Assembly: GCA_964016885.1 (NCBI GenBank)
Contig: OZ024745.1
Location: forward strand, 131,068,001 to 131,132,000
Length of the DNA stretch: 64,000 nt
DNA from: Eledone cirrhosa
Taxonomy: Eukaryota
Direction of reading: 5' to 3'
The notes beneath the pieces are model-generated. The model did no database searches. It was not told the origin of the DNA and was given only the letters and a program-made list of their open reading frames with translations. The translations under genes were made by a program, and so were the position numbers. Positions 50,559 through 62,623 of this stretch are shown here, in pieces; position 1 is the stretch's first letter; every line of letters begins with the position of its first letter.

Positions 50559-51191
50559 GTAATATTACGTTCTGGTTTGTTTGATTAGTCTTGGCCTGTT
50601 CTTATCCTATGTTCATTCTTTGCTAAACGTTAAAAGTTAAAGCCTTACAATGATCTACCTCAACGGGGTCACCGCTTCAGTACTTAATTCTAACTGCTGT
50701 AGAATTAAGCAGATAATGATTTCTAATTCAGATACCGTCTAACTGATGCTAGCATGCAAGATGGACGTTAAACGATGATGATGACACAAGGCCAATAGTT
50801 TGGGAGAGTGCTAAGTCAATTATATTAACCCCATTACTTAACTGGTATTTTATTTTATCAATTTCAGGAAGATCAAAGATAAAGTTGGCCTTGGCAGGAT
50901 TTGTACTCAGAATGTAAAGGGCTGTAATTAAATCCTTCCAAATTTACCATTAATAATTGAAATATAGTGTATTTCATTAGAAATGTGATGACAAAAGGAT
51001 TAATGTAGTCTTAGATACATTAACAACACTGTTGATCACTGCTGGAACGATTTGATCAAATCATAGACCAACTTGACCAGGTGTAACCTAGGGTTAAATA
51101 ATAACAACAACAATTTAATTTGAAAAAAAAAAAAACCGAACAAACAAAAAACACCATTCCTCAACAATGTACACTATTTTTTTTATTTTAG

Positions 51192-51308
51192 AAAGAACTT
51201 TTGACAGAACTACGAGAGTTGCTATCAAGTCTTCCTATTACAGAAGATCCTTGTGTCGGATACTTCACATCTGCAGGAATTCAAAAAAGGAAATCTAGAG
51301 ATTTGGGT
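51192..51308 (+). CDS. SERAC1: SERAC1 exon 7
   Basis: KELLTELRELLSSLPITEDPCVGYFTS vs human [25 protein letters not shown]; donor GTGAGT. Confidence 0.93.
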
Positions 51309-52245
51309 GTGAGTTTTTGAATCCTTTATTTGTTTGATATATTCTTTTAATCTTTTGCTGGTTTAACTCATAAGTCTGTAGCGAAGCATGGCCACAACCT
51401 TGAAGAAGTTTAGTCAAACATATCAATCCCTGTACAATGTTTTTCAAGTCTTGAAATTTATCTCTATTTGTAGACCTACTATATGTTACATAAACAATAG
51501 TAAAGTGTAAGAAGTCACCTGAGTGTGTATTTGTATGTTTGTGTGACTGTATGACTGTATGACTGTATGTTGTGTGTGTGTTTGTGTCTGTCTGTATGTG
51601 TGTGGTTTAGAATAGGTACACCACATATACCGGAATTGTTAACATAATTGTTTATCCATCATGATTGGCCTACAACACGATGTACTGAAAGTTCAATAGC
51701 CCTTTAACATTTAAACCAGGTGTATCCAGCCAGAATTCTCTCACCTGATTCTGTTCAAACTGGCTGTAACCCACTGCTCATACTGACATTAAGGTATGGT
51801 TCTCAAAATAAATAATATCAAAATCTCATAGATTCTATATTATGTGAGATAATTATGTAAGGTAAAATGTTTACCGTGAAAATACAATAGTAAATATAGA
51901 GTAAATACTAAAGGGTTAAGATGCCAAAAGAACAACAAACCTTCACACTAGATATAAACTGCAAATGTGATGGAATTGTCTGCTGGGATTGTCAAGCATT
52001 TGTGGGTAAGTCATTGAAGGAGAAAGACGCTGTCCTGGTGAGGGTTTATCTAACTCGTGCCAGCATGAAAAAAGGGATATAAAAACGACTATGATGATGA
52101 TGAGGAGGATGATGGCGATTGTGATGATTCTAAGTGAGACATGTCAGTTGTTTCGACTTGTTAGACATTTGTGTGCTTATCTGTAGCTGTTTGTAAACAT
52201 TTTGATATTGAATTATTGAATTATTTTATTTTTTTATTTTTTCAG

Positions 52246-52365
52246 AGATTGTTCTGGAATCTAGAAAACGCTGACAGTGTTGAAGATATAAATACAGATA
52301 ATGCTGCAAACTCTGAGCTGAACATCCTAGAGAGTCTTCTGGAGGCCATCTTGAGACAGTCAACT
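52246..52365 (+). CDS. SERAC1: SERAC1 exon 8
   Basis: TTCAG|RLFWN...LESLLEAILRQST|GTAAGT; aligns to EMFCLEAIVKHSE. Confidence 0.9.
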
Positions 52366-52747
52366 GTAAGTAGGCAATTGATACTCATGATAAAAAGCAC
52401 CCACACCACCTGGTAAGGTGGTTAGTGTTAAGAAGAACATCTGGCTGTAGAAAATCAAGCCAAAATTGGATCATATGAATATGACAATAGTCACCTGACC
52501 TTGCTAGCCTCGTAATGTGACAGCCTATCTAACCCATGCTAGCATGGAAATAGTTAAGCAGTGATGGTAATGATATATAAATTATTTTTTTCGTGTCATT
52601 ACTGGACCTTTTTTCTGTTTCTCTATTGTGATCATGTCTCTATTTGTGCCCCCGAAGAAGGGCTTAAGCCCAACACGTCAAACTTCTTTTCCTCTTTCCA
52701 ATATAAAGCGTGAAACTAAGACTTTTTGTACCTCTGTTGTCTCCTTG

Positions 52748-52797
<50 letters not shown>

Positions 52798-52807
52798 GTG
52801 TACACAC

Positions 52808-53572
52808 GTATCAGGGATCTGGTGTCGTATCAGAGATCTGGTGTCGTATCAGGGATCTGGTGTCGTATCAGAGATCTGGTGTCGGATCTGGTGTTGTATC
52901 AGGGATCTGGTGTCGTATCAGAGATCTGGTGTCGTATCAGGGATCTGGTGTCGTATCAGAGATCTGGTGTCGTATCAGGGATCTGGTGTCGTATCAGGGA
53001 TCTGGTGTCGGATCTGGTGTTGTATCAGAGATCTGGTGTCGTATCAGGGATCTGGTGTCGTATCAGAGATCTGGTGTCGGATCTGGTGTTGTATCAGAGA
53101 TCTGGTGTCGTATCAGAGATCTGGTGTCGTATCAGAGTTCTGGTGTCGTATCAGGGATCTGGTGTCGTATCAGGGATCTGGTGTCGTATCAGAGATCTGG
53201 TGTCGTATCAGAGTTCTGGTGTCGTATCAGGGATCTGGTGTCGTATCAGGGATCTGGTGTCGTATCAGAGATCTGGTGTCGTATCAGGGATCTGGTGTCG
53301 TATCAGAGTTCTGGTGTCGTATCAGGGATCTGGTGTCGTATCAGGGATCTGGTGTCGTATCAGAGATCTGGTGTCGTATCAGGGATCTGGTGTCGTATCA
53401 GAGATCTGGTGTCGTATCAGGGATCTGGTGTCGTATCAGAGATCTGGTGTCGTATCAGGGATCTGGTGTCGTATCAGAGTTCTGGTGTCGTATCAGGGAT
53501 CTGGTGTCGTATCAGGGATCTGGTGTCGTATCAGAGATCTGGTGTCGTATCAGAGATCTGGTGTCGTATCTG
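52808..53572 (+). repeat. 19-bp minisatellite (~40 copies)
   Basis: Unit GTATCAG(G/A)GATCTGGTGTC; open in all three + frames (spurious ORFs). Confidence 0.95.
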
Positions 53573-54355
53573 GAATCCTGGATCAGATCAGGTCTGAGAT
53601 CAGATAAACACAACTCTGTCTAACTGGAATGGTAAATGTGTCAGAAGCAGAAGCAGGAAACTTTAATTATAAGTACAATATTCCATTTTGGTAGTTACAG
53701 TAAAGTGTTAAATTTATCTCACTTATTGTATGTAATGGAGTACTACATATATTATTTGTGTGTATATATTTTAACTCTTTTAATACTAACCTACCTGAAA
53801 CCACTCCTCGTTCTCTGATAAAACTATTCGTTTCCAAGTGTTTATATCTAAATTAAAACCTTCCATCATAATTTTAGCCTCGAACAACATGTGTTGCAGC
53901 ATAGAGTTATGTCCATTTATGGTCTGAGTTCAAATCCCGCCGAGGTTAGCTTTGCCTTTTATCCTTATGGGGTCGATAAAATAAAGCACCAGTAATGCAC
54001 TGGGGGTCGATTTAATTGACTTTCTTCTCTCCCCAAAGTACCAGTAACACACACTAGGGTCAATTTAATCATCTTTCCCCTCCCCTAAAATTGCTGGCCC
54101 TGTGCCTAAATCAGAAGTTAGCTTTACTTTTCATCCTTACAGGGTCAATAAAGTAAAGTACCAGTAACATACTGAGGTCGATTTAATTAACTTTCCCCTC
54201 CACAAAATTGCTGGCTTGTGCCTTAATGAGAAACCATTATTATTATTACGGGGTCGATAAAATAAAGTACCAGTAATGCACTGGGGTAATTGCTGGCCTT
54301 GTGCCAAAAGTAGAAACAATTATTATTATTATTTTTATTGTCTCTTCACTAACAG

Positions 54356-54518
54356 ATTGGCAATAATACAGTAGAAATAGTAGAAAAAGATGGACTGGCT
54401 CTGTTAAGAAGATCCCTACTCAGTTATCCAGACAATGTCCATCTGCAGCAACTCTGTTCCCGTATTCTAGGCAACCTTGCCTTACTTCCAGAACTCCATG
54501 AGAAGATCGTCCAAAGTG
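54356..54518 (+). CDS. SERAC1: SERAC1 exon 9 (ARM-like region)
   Basis: GLALLRR...SRILGNLALLPELHEKIVQSG vs human GLQLLQR...[20 protein letters not shown]. Confidence 0.95.
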
Positions 54519-55016
54519 GTAAGTTCCATTTCTGTATTCCTTCTCTTCTCCTATTCTCTGTTTTATCACTTTCTCAAACTTGCAACTTTCTCTTCTCCTA
54601 TGATTGGCTACAGTAATAACCTTTAAATACTCAGCCATTTAGTCAGTCGGAAATAAACACACTATGCTAATTACTTTCACTTAGATATGTCGAAATTAAA
54701 ATTTCTCTCGTTTTTTTTTCCTTTTGATCCTAATGTAGCTAAGTACAATGTTAATTTAGACTTACTATGAACCATCATCATCATCATCATCATCATCGTC
54801 TGTCTTCCACACTAGCATGAGTTAGACGGGTTTGTCCCATTTAGAAGCAAGTTGGATCGAGTGACCATGTCTTGCCCATATAGGACTGTTTCTGGCTGGT
54901 TTTCTACAGCTGGATGCTCTTCCTAGCGCCAACCACATTTACTGTGTGGGCTGGGTGCTTTTTGTCATAACACCTACACTAACACTTTACAGTGGAAATT
55001 TTGTGGAACCAACATA

Positions 55017-55085
<69 letters not shown>

Positions 55086-55221
55086 CTCAACTAACAGACT
55101 AATTCTAAATTAGCATAAGCACATGTTACTACCTAATTTTCAAATTCACTAACTGTTTGTAAAGAAAGCCTGCTTTGTGTCTCCCTATTTGTATATATAT
55201 GTCTGTCTGTATGCATGAATG

Positions 55222-55254
<33 letters not shown>

Positions 55255-55304
55255 ACATATGGTGTATATATATATATATATATAAACAAAGGTGGTGTGG
55301 TAAG

Positions 55305-56015
55305 ATACCAAGTGGACCATAATGCACCAAAGTACTCAATACTTAGGGTAGTAGTAGAGTGGGTAATATGAAAAGAGTCAGTACCCTGGAGCTCAGCCGT
55401 CGGGGTCCTGACTCTTTAAATATATATACACACACACACGGGCGCGGTCCAGTTTATGATAATGTAGTGTGCACTCTACTAGCAGGCCTAACATCTTCAG
55501 GTCAACAGGTTTAATTAGCCACTTCCTCTGAGGAATCATTTGGTCTGGCTCTGGCCTTTCCTATGTTTTGCTGGTCTCAATATAACAAATCAAAATGCTG
55601 ACCACGTCATTAATGCTTTCATAGACTTGCCTACCCACAGCCTTAGATAAAGATAATTTAATACATTTATTGGGATAAAGCAGAACTAAAACAGCTGACC
55701 ACACGAGGACATTGGAATAAATGTATACCCCCCACCACCACCTCCACCAATCACTGACCACTCGCCGAAAAAAAACGAGAACTTTAAAGACTTTTTTTAT
55801 GTATAGACTGTCTGCCCATATATGGACTCTACTCTTCCCCTTCCTTACTCCCTGAGGATGACAGTTATGTTCCCGCCGCCTGAATACTGGCGATTCAGTT
55901 TGGATCTAGCTGTTGAAACGGCCGGAGCTCAGCCGTTGGGGTCCCAAATCTTTCATATTACCCACTCTACTACCCCAGGTATCGAGTACTCTGGTGAATA
56001 ATGGTCTAACTGGTT
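55305..56015. mobile_element. Penelope-like remnant with inverted ends and a hammerhead-like motif (55847-55928)
   Basis: 55305-55375 is inverted at 55950-56015; direct repeat GGAGCTCAGCCGTYGGGGTCC at ~55388 and 55924; CUCC CUGAGGA U GACAGUUA..UAGCUGUU GAAA CGGCC GGAG. Confidence 0.55.
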
Positions 56016-56200
56016 TTTACCTGCCTCCATTCTGATTTATATATGAATTTATAAGTATAATATATGAAAGGCCATATTGATCTTTAACACTTGTTGGTTG
56101 TTTCTAAATAAACTGGGTTCCCACATGGTCTGCTGGTATATATTGATGTCTGCCACATGGTCTGCTGGTATATATTGATGTCTGTGTATATTTGTTGCAG

Positions 56201-56351
56201 GTTGGGTGAGTATTCTTGTGGAATGGTTAAAATCTGGGGACATAGATGTTTGCCTCAATACAGCACGTGCCTTAGCCAACATGGATATTGACAATGCCTC
56301 TGCCATGTACCATGATGGTGTTTATGTCCTTCATCCCATACACCGATCCAC
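56201..56351 (+). CDS. SERAC1: SERAC1 exon 10
   Basis: GWVSIL..ARALANMD..YHDGVYVLHPIHRS vs human GWVSIM..ARILANLD..YQDGVYVLHPQYRT. Confidence 0.96.
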
Positions 56352-56419
56352 GTAAGTGACTACCTATTTTATTTTCTCCTCAATTAAAAAATATAAATAT
56401 TTATTAAATTTCTTTATTG

Positions 56420-56916
56420 TATTGTTATACTTTGGGAGGGTCATGTTGCCAATAAGAACACATGCACCAGTTCCTTTCACTTCAATTTATTATACTAAAT
56501 TTATAAATTTAGGAATTTATAAATTTCCGGTTGGTTGGTTCCACAACCAGCTGGTTGTTTATATATTGTCAAAGTTCTTTCGTCACACATTCTGTGACGT
56601 CACACAAAAACAAGATGGCGTAGGACAGAACAAAGGAGAGGCACAAAAACAAAGAAAAGAATCCCCAGTCACTGAAGAGGTCACAGAATGTGACGAAAGA
56701 ACTTTGACAATATATAAACAACCATCTGGTTGTGGAACCAACCAACCAACCGGAAATTTATAAATTCCTAAATTTATAAATTTAGTATAATAAATTGAAG
56801 TGAAAGCAACTGGTGCGTGTGTTTCTTATTGGCAACATGACCCTCCCAAAGTATAACAATATCGGTTTCAACACATGTTTTCAGATAAAGAATCTTGCTA
56901 AACAAATTCAGAAACG
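56420..56916. mobile_element. Penelope-like fold-back element (~180-bp arms) with a one-sided tail
   Basis: 56420-56600 is the reverse complement of 56678-56861; tail 56862-56916; flanking direct repeat AAATT(T)CTTTATTGTATT at 56406 and 56917. Confidence 0.88.
56668..56708 (+). ncRNA. Minimal type-I hammerhead ribozyme
   Basis: GUCA CUGAAGA G GUCACA-GAA-UGUGAC GAAA GAAC UU UGAC; intact core; stem I covaries with the copy at 8465-8510. Confidence 0.8.
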
Positions 56917-56961
56917 AAATTCTTTATTGTATTTATAGAGGAATATTCCATTATTTTGCAG

Positions 56962-57109
56962 AGAGCCCATATATGTAGATGTTGTGTTTGTTCATGGTTT
57001 ACTAGGAGGTCCATTTAAAACCTGGCGGCAGGGGGGTTCTGACCAGAGAAATGCCGCTGAACTAGAAGAGTTAATATCTAAAGGTCTCTATACACGATGC
57101 TGGCCAAAG
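56962..57109 (+). CDS. SERAC1: SERAC1 exon 11
   Basis: DVVFVHGLLGGPFKTWRQ...YTRCWPK vs human DVLFIHGLMGAAFKTWRQ...YTTCWPK. Confidence 0.97.
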
Positions 57110-57144
57110 GTAAGACACTCTTTTATTCGCCTCGGTCACCTCAC

Positions 57145-57395
57145 CTCTTCTCTCCCTCTCTCTATCTCTCATTCACTCTCTCTCTATCTCTCATTCACTC
57201 ACTCTCTCTCTCACTCACTCTCTCTCACTCACACACTCTCTCTCACTCACACACACTCTCTCACTCACTCACTCACTCACTCACTCACTCTCTCTCTCAC
57301 TCACACACACTCTCTCTCTCACTCACTCACTCACTCACTCTCTCTCTCTCACTCTCTTTCTCTCACTCACTATCTCTATCTGTCTCTCTCTCTCC
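57145..57395. repeat. (CT)n/(CACT)n microsatellite
   Basis: Direct reading. Confidence 0.9.
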
Positions 57396-57966
57396 TTTAC
57401 TGTTTTTAAGAGTTGTTATTTTATGGTTGATATGCAAACTTGTTTGTAATCAGCCCTGGGTTAACAATTAAGCAGAATATACACATTTTTAGGGCCTCAA
57501 GAAAAGAGGCACATAGTTTTCTTCAAGTACAAGATTTACATTGGTCCATGGAGCAGTGTTGCAGCTAAACCAAAGCCCATAAAAAGGGAGCTCAGCTTCC
57601 CCTAACCCCCTCCTGCCTTTCTTTTCAATGTTTAGTAGTTTTAAAGATCTTAACCCTTTAGGATTTAAACCGGCCATATCCAGCCAGAATTCTCTTACAG
57701 CTTTCTGTTCAAACTGGCCATAACTGGCCCCTCATACCAACTTTAAGGTATTGTTCTCAAAATAAATAATATCAAAATCTCATAGACTCGATATTATGTG
57801 AGATATTTATGTGAAGTAATACAATATATAGAGTAATGTGAATGCTAAAGGGTTAATCCTGTTTTCTTTGTAATATAGACTCTCTGCATATTTTTGAATT
57901 GGTGAGCATGAGTCTTTAACACACTGCACCATGTTGCCAACAGATTCTCTTGTCTCTTCTCTATGT

Positions 57967-58380
57967 CTGTTCTGTTGCTACTGTAATGGTGTCTACTCCT
58001 CCCCCACCACTCCCTTCCCCATCACAACCCTCCCCACCACTTCCCAACCCACCTCTTCCCCCTCTGTTCTGTTGCTACTGTAATGGTGTCTACTCCTCCC
58101 CCACCACTCCCTTCCCCATCACAACCCTCCCCACCACTTCCCAACCCACCTCTTCCCCCTCTGTTCTGTTGCTACTGTAATGGTGTCTACTCCTCCCCCA
58201 CCACTCCCTTCCCCCATCACAACCCTCCCCACCACTTCCCAACCCACCTCTTCCCCCTCTGTTCTGTTGCTACTGTAATGGTGTCTACTCCCCTCCCACC
58301 ACCACTTCCTTCCCCATCACTACCCTCCCCACCTCTTCCCTTTCTGTTCTGTTTCTACTGTAATGGCTTATACTCCTGCC
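57967..58380 (+). repeat. 97-bp C-rich tandem repeat (~4 copies)
   Basis: CTGTTCTGTTGCTACTGTAATGG at 57967, 58064, 58161, ~58259. Confidence 0.9.
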
Positions 58381-58451
58381 CACAACTTCCCTATCACTTC
58401 AGCTCCAATCACCACTACTGTGTCTCAGCCCCACACCCCACCCTTCAAAAC

Positions 58452-61400
58452 TTTAATCCTTTGGAATTCTCTCTTTAATCCTTTGGAATTCTCTCTTTAA
58501 TCCTTTGGAATTCTCTCTTTAATCCTTTGGAATTCTCTCTTTAATCCTTTGGAATTCTCTCTTTAATCCTTTGGAATTCTCTCTTTAATCCTTTGGAATT
58601 CTCTCTTTAATCCTTTGGAATTCTCTCTTTAATCCTTTGGAATTCTCTCTTTAATCCTTTGGAATTCTCTCTTTAATCCTTTGGAATTCTCTCTTTAATC
58701 CTTTGGAATTCTCTCTTTAATCCTTTGTAATTCACTCTTTAATCCTTTGGAATTCTCTCTTTAATCCTTTGGAATTCTCTCTTTAATCCTTTGGAATTCT
58801 CTCTCCAATCCTTTGGAATTCTCTCTTTAATCCTTTGGAATTCTCTCTTCAATCCTTTGGAATTCTCTCTTTAATCCTTTGGAATTCTCTCTTTAATCCT
58901 TTGGAATTCTCTCTTTAATCCTTTGGAATTCTCTCTTTAATCCTTTGGAATTCTCTCTTTAATCCTTTGGAATTCTCTCTTTAATCCTTTGGAATTCTCT
59001 CTTTAATCCTTTGGAATTCTCTCTTTAATCCTTTGGAATTCTCTCTTTAATCCTTTGGAATTCTCTCTTTAATCCTTTGGAATTCTCTCTTTAATCCTTT
59101 GGAATTCTCTCTTTAATCCTTTGTAATTCACTCTTTAATCCTTTGGAATTCTCTCTTTAATCCTTTGGAATTCTCTCTTTAATCCTTTGGAATTCTCTCT
59201 CCAATCCTTTGGAATTCTCTCTTTAATCCTTTGGAATTCTCTCTTCAATCCTTTGGAATTCTCTCTTTAATCCTTTGGAATTCTCTCTTTAATCCTTTGG
59301 AATTCTCTCTTTAATCCTTTGGAATTCTCTCTTTAATCCTTTGGAATTCTCTCTTTAATCCTTTGGAATTCTCTCTTAATTCGTTTGGAATTCTCTCTTT
59401 AATCGTTTGGAATTCTCTCTTCAATCCTTTGGAATTCTCTCTTTAATCCTTTGGATTTCTCTCTCCAATCCTTTGGAATTCTCTCTCCAATCCTTTGGAA
59501 TTCTCTCTTTAATCCTTTGGAATTCTTTCTTTAATCCTTTGGAATTCTCTCTCCAATCCTTTGGAATTCTCTCTTTAATCCTTTGGAATTCTCTCTTCAA
59601 TCCTTTGGAATTCTCTCTTCAATCCTTTGGAATTCTCTCTCCAATCCTTTGGAATTCTCTCTTTAATCCTTTAGAATTCTCTCTTCAATCTTTTGGAATT
59701 CTCTCTTTAATCCTTTGGAATTCTCTCTTTAATCCTTTGGAATTCTCTCTTCAATCCTTTGGAATTCTCTCTCCAATCCTTTGGAATTCTCTCTTTAATC
59801 CTTTGGAATTCTCTCTTTAATCCTTTGGAATTCTCTCTCCAATCCTTTGGAATTCTCTCTTTAATCCTTTGGAATTCTTTCTTTAATCCTTTGGAATTCT
59901 TTCTCCAATCCTTTGGAATTCTCTCTTTAATCCTTTGGAATTCTCTCTTTAATCCTTTGGAATTATCTCTTTAATCCTTTGGAATTCTCTCTCCAATCCT
60001 TTGGAATTCTCTCTCCAATCCTTTGGAATTATCTCTTTAATCCTTTGGAATTCTTTCTTTAATCCTTTGGAATTCTCTCTCCAATCCTTTGAAATTCTCT
60101 CTCCAATCCTTTGGAATTCTCTCTTTAATCCTTTGGAATTCTTTCTTTAATCCTTTGGAATTCTCTCTCCAATCCTTTGGAATTCTCTCTTTAATCCTTT
60201 GGAATTCTCTCTTTAATCCTTTGGAATTCTCTCTTCAATCCTTTGGAATTCTCTCTTCAATCCTTTGGAATTCTCTCTTTAATCCTTTGAAATTCTCTCT
60301 TCAATCCTTTGGAATTCTCTCTCCAATCCTTTGGAATTCTCTCTTCAATCCTTTGGAATTCTCTCTTTAATCCTTTGGAATTCTCTCTTTAATCCTTTGG
60401 AATTCTCTCTTCAATCCTTTGGAATTCTCTCTCCAATCCTTTGGAATTCTCTCTTTAATCCTTTAGAATTCTCTCTTTAATCCTTTGGAATTCTCTCTTT
60501 AATCCTTTGGAATTCTCTCTCCAATCCTTTGGAATTCTCTCTTTAATCCTTTGGAATTCTCTCTTCAATCCTTTGGAATTCTCTCTTTAATCCTTTGGAA
60601 TTCTCTCTTTAATCCTTTGGAATTCTCTCTTCAATCCTTTGGAATTCTCTCTCCAATCCTTTGGAATTCTCTCTTTAATCCTTTAGAATTCTCTCTTTAA
60701 TCCTTTGGAATTCTCTCTTTAATCCTTTGGAATTCTCTCTCCAATCCTTTGGAATTCTCTCTTTAATCCTTTGGAATTCTCTCTTCAATCCTTTGGAATT
60801 CTCTCTCCAATTCTTTGGAATTCTCTCTTTAATCCTTTAGAATTCTCTCTTCAATCCTTTGGAATTCTCTCTTTAATCCTTTGGAATTCTCTCTTCAATC
60901 CTTTGGAATTCTCTCTTTAATCCTTTGGAATTCTCTCTTCAATCCTTTGGAATTCTCTCTTTAATCCTTTGGAATTCTCTCTTCAATCCTTTGGAATTCT
61001 CTCTTTAATCCTTTGGAATTCTCTCTTCAATCCTTTGGAATTCTCTCTTTAATCCTTTGGAATTCTCTCTTTAATCCTTTGGAATTCTCTCTTTAATCCT
61101 TTGGAATTCTCTCTTTAATCCTTTGGAATTCTCTCTTTAATCCTTTGGAATTCTCTCTTCAATCCTTTGGAATTCTCTCTTTAATCCTTTGGAATTCTCT
61201 CTTCAATCCTTTGGAATTCTCTCTTTAATCCTTTAGAATTCTCTCTTTAATCCTTTGGAATTCTCTCTTTAATCCTTTGGAATTCTCTCTTTAATCCTTT
61301 GGAATTCTCTCTTTAATCCTTTGGAATTCTCTCTTCAATCCTTTGGAATTCTCTCTTTAATCCTTTGGAATTCTCTCTTTAATCCTTTGGAATTCTCTCT

Positions 61401-61595
61401 TTAATCCTTTGGAATTCTCTCTCCAATCCTTTGGAATTCTCTCTTTAATCCTTTGGAATTCTCTCTTTAATCCTTTGGAATTCTCTCTCCAATCCTTTGG
61501 AATTCTCTCTTTAATCCTTTGGAATTCTCTCTTTAATCCTTTGGAATTCTCTCTTCAATCCTTTGGAATTCTCTCTTCAATCCTTTGGAATTCTG
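58452..61595 (+). repeat. 22-bp minisatellite (~140 copies, 3.1 kb) in a SERAC1 intron
   Basis: Unit AATCCTTTGGAATTCTCTCT(TT/TC/CC). Confidence 0.97.
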
Positions 61596-61751
61596 TCTTC
61601 ATTTAAGTTTCTCCAGCGCCACACCCACTCTTCAACACTTCTATAGGTCACACCATTTCTCCACTGGCATGTACATAACAAAGAACTTATTTATTTAGTT
61701 GTTTTGCCTAATCATTCTTTTGTTTCTCTGTTCTTATTTTGTTCTCATCAG

Positions 61752-61852
61752 AACTGGTTACCTCAAGATTGTGCTAATATTCGAGTTCTTTCAGTAGAAT
61801 ATGACACCTACCTCAGTGAACTGTCAGCCACGTGCCCCTATGACAGAGAAAA
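61752..61852 (+). CDS. SERAC1: SERAC1 exon 12
   Basis: NWLPQDCANIRVLSVEYDTYLSE..CP vs human [23 protein letters not shown]..CP. Confidence 0.96.
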
Positions 61853-62083
61853 GTACGGATTTCTTTGAAAAATTACATTTTTCTTTTTTTTTTTCCTTCA
61901 TATTTTCTGAGGTCTATATAAGAATTGTTTCTACATTAGGCACAAGGCCAGCAATTTGGGGGGAGGGGAAAGTCAATTAAATCAACCACAGTGCATGACT
62001 GCAGAAGGGCACCCAGAAGTTATGACCTGGATGTGGCCCGGCCCCCTTAGAGTGTAAGAAGTTAAGGGCTGAAACACTCGCTT

Positions 62084-62578
62084 GTGGTGGTGATTGTGAT
62101 GATGATGATGGTAGTGGTGGTGGTGGTGATGATAATAGTGTTGGTGGTGGTGATGATAGTGTTGGTGGTGGTGGTGATGATGAGTTGTGTTGGTGGTGGT
62201 GATGATGATAGTAGTGTTGGTGGTGGTGATGATGGTAGTGGTGGTGATGACGATAGTAGTGGTAGTAGTGGTGGTGGTGGTGGTGGCAGTAGTAGTGTTG
62301 GTGGTGGTGATGATGGTGATGGCAGTAGTGGTGTTGGTGGTGGTAGTGGTGGTGATGATGGTGATGGCAATAGTAGTGTTGGTGGTGATGATGGTGATGG
62401 CAGTAGTAGTGTTGGTGGTGATGATGGTGATGGCAGTAGTGGTGTTGGTGGTGATGGCAGTAGTAGTGGTGGTGGTGATGATGGTGATGGCAGTAGTGGT
62501 GTTGGTGGTGGTGGTGATGGCAGTAGTGGTGTTGGTAGTGGTGGTGGTGATGGCAGTAGTGGTGTTGGTGATGATGAT
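62084..62578. repeat. (GGT/GAT/AGT)n microsatellite
   Basis: Direct reading. Confidence 0.92.
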
Positions 62579-62623
62579 ATTTTAACCATGCTGATTTTTT
62601 TTTCCTTTTGTTTTCATTACTAG

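Noticed and set aside
52645-52685. Penelope-type hammerhead relic CCGAAGAAGGGCTTAAGCCCAACACGTC
   Set aside because: Both core halves are mutated (CCGAAGA, AACA for GAAA) and there is no stem I; not called as functional
52628-53623. 331/293/245-aa ORFs in three frames
   Set aside because: 19-bp minisatellite lacking stop codons, inside a SERAC1 intron
58452-61595. Heat-shock element array (GAA/TTC)
   Set aside because: GAATTC lacks the nGAAnnTTCn spacing
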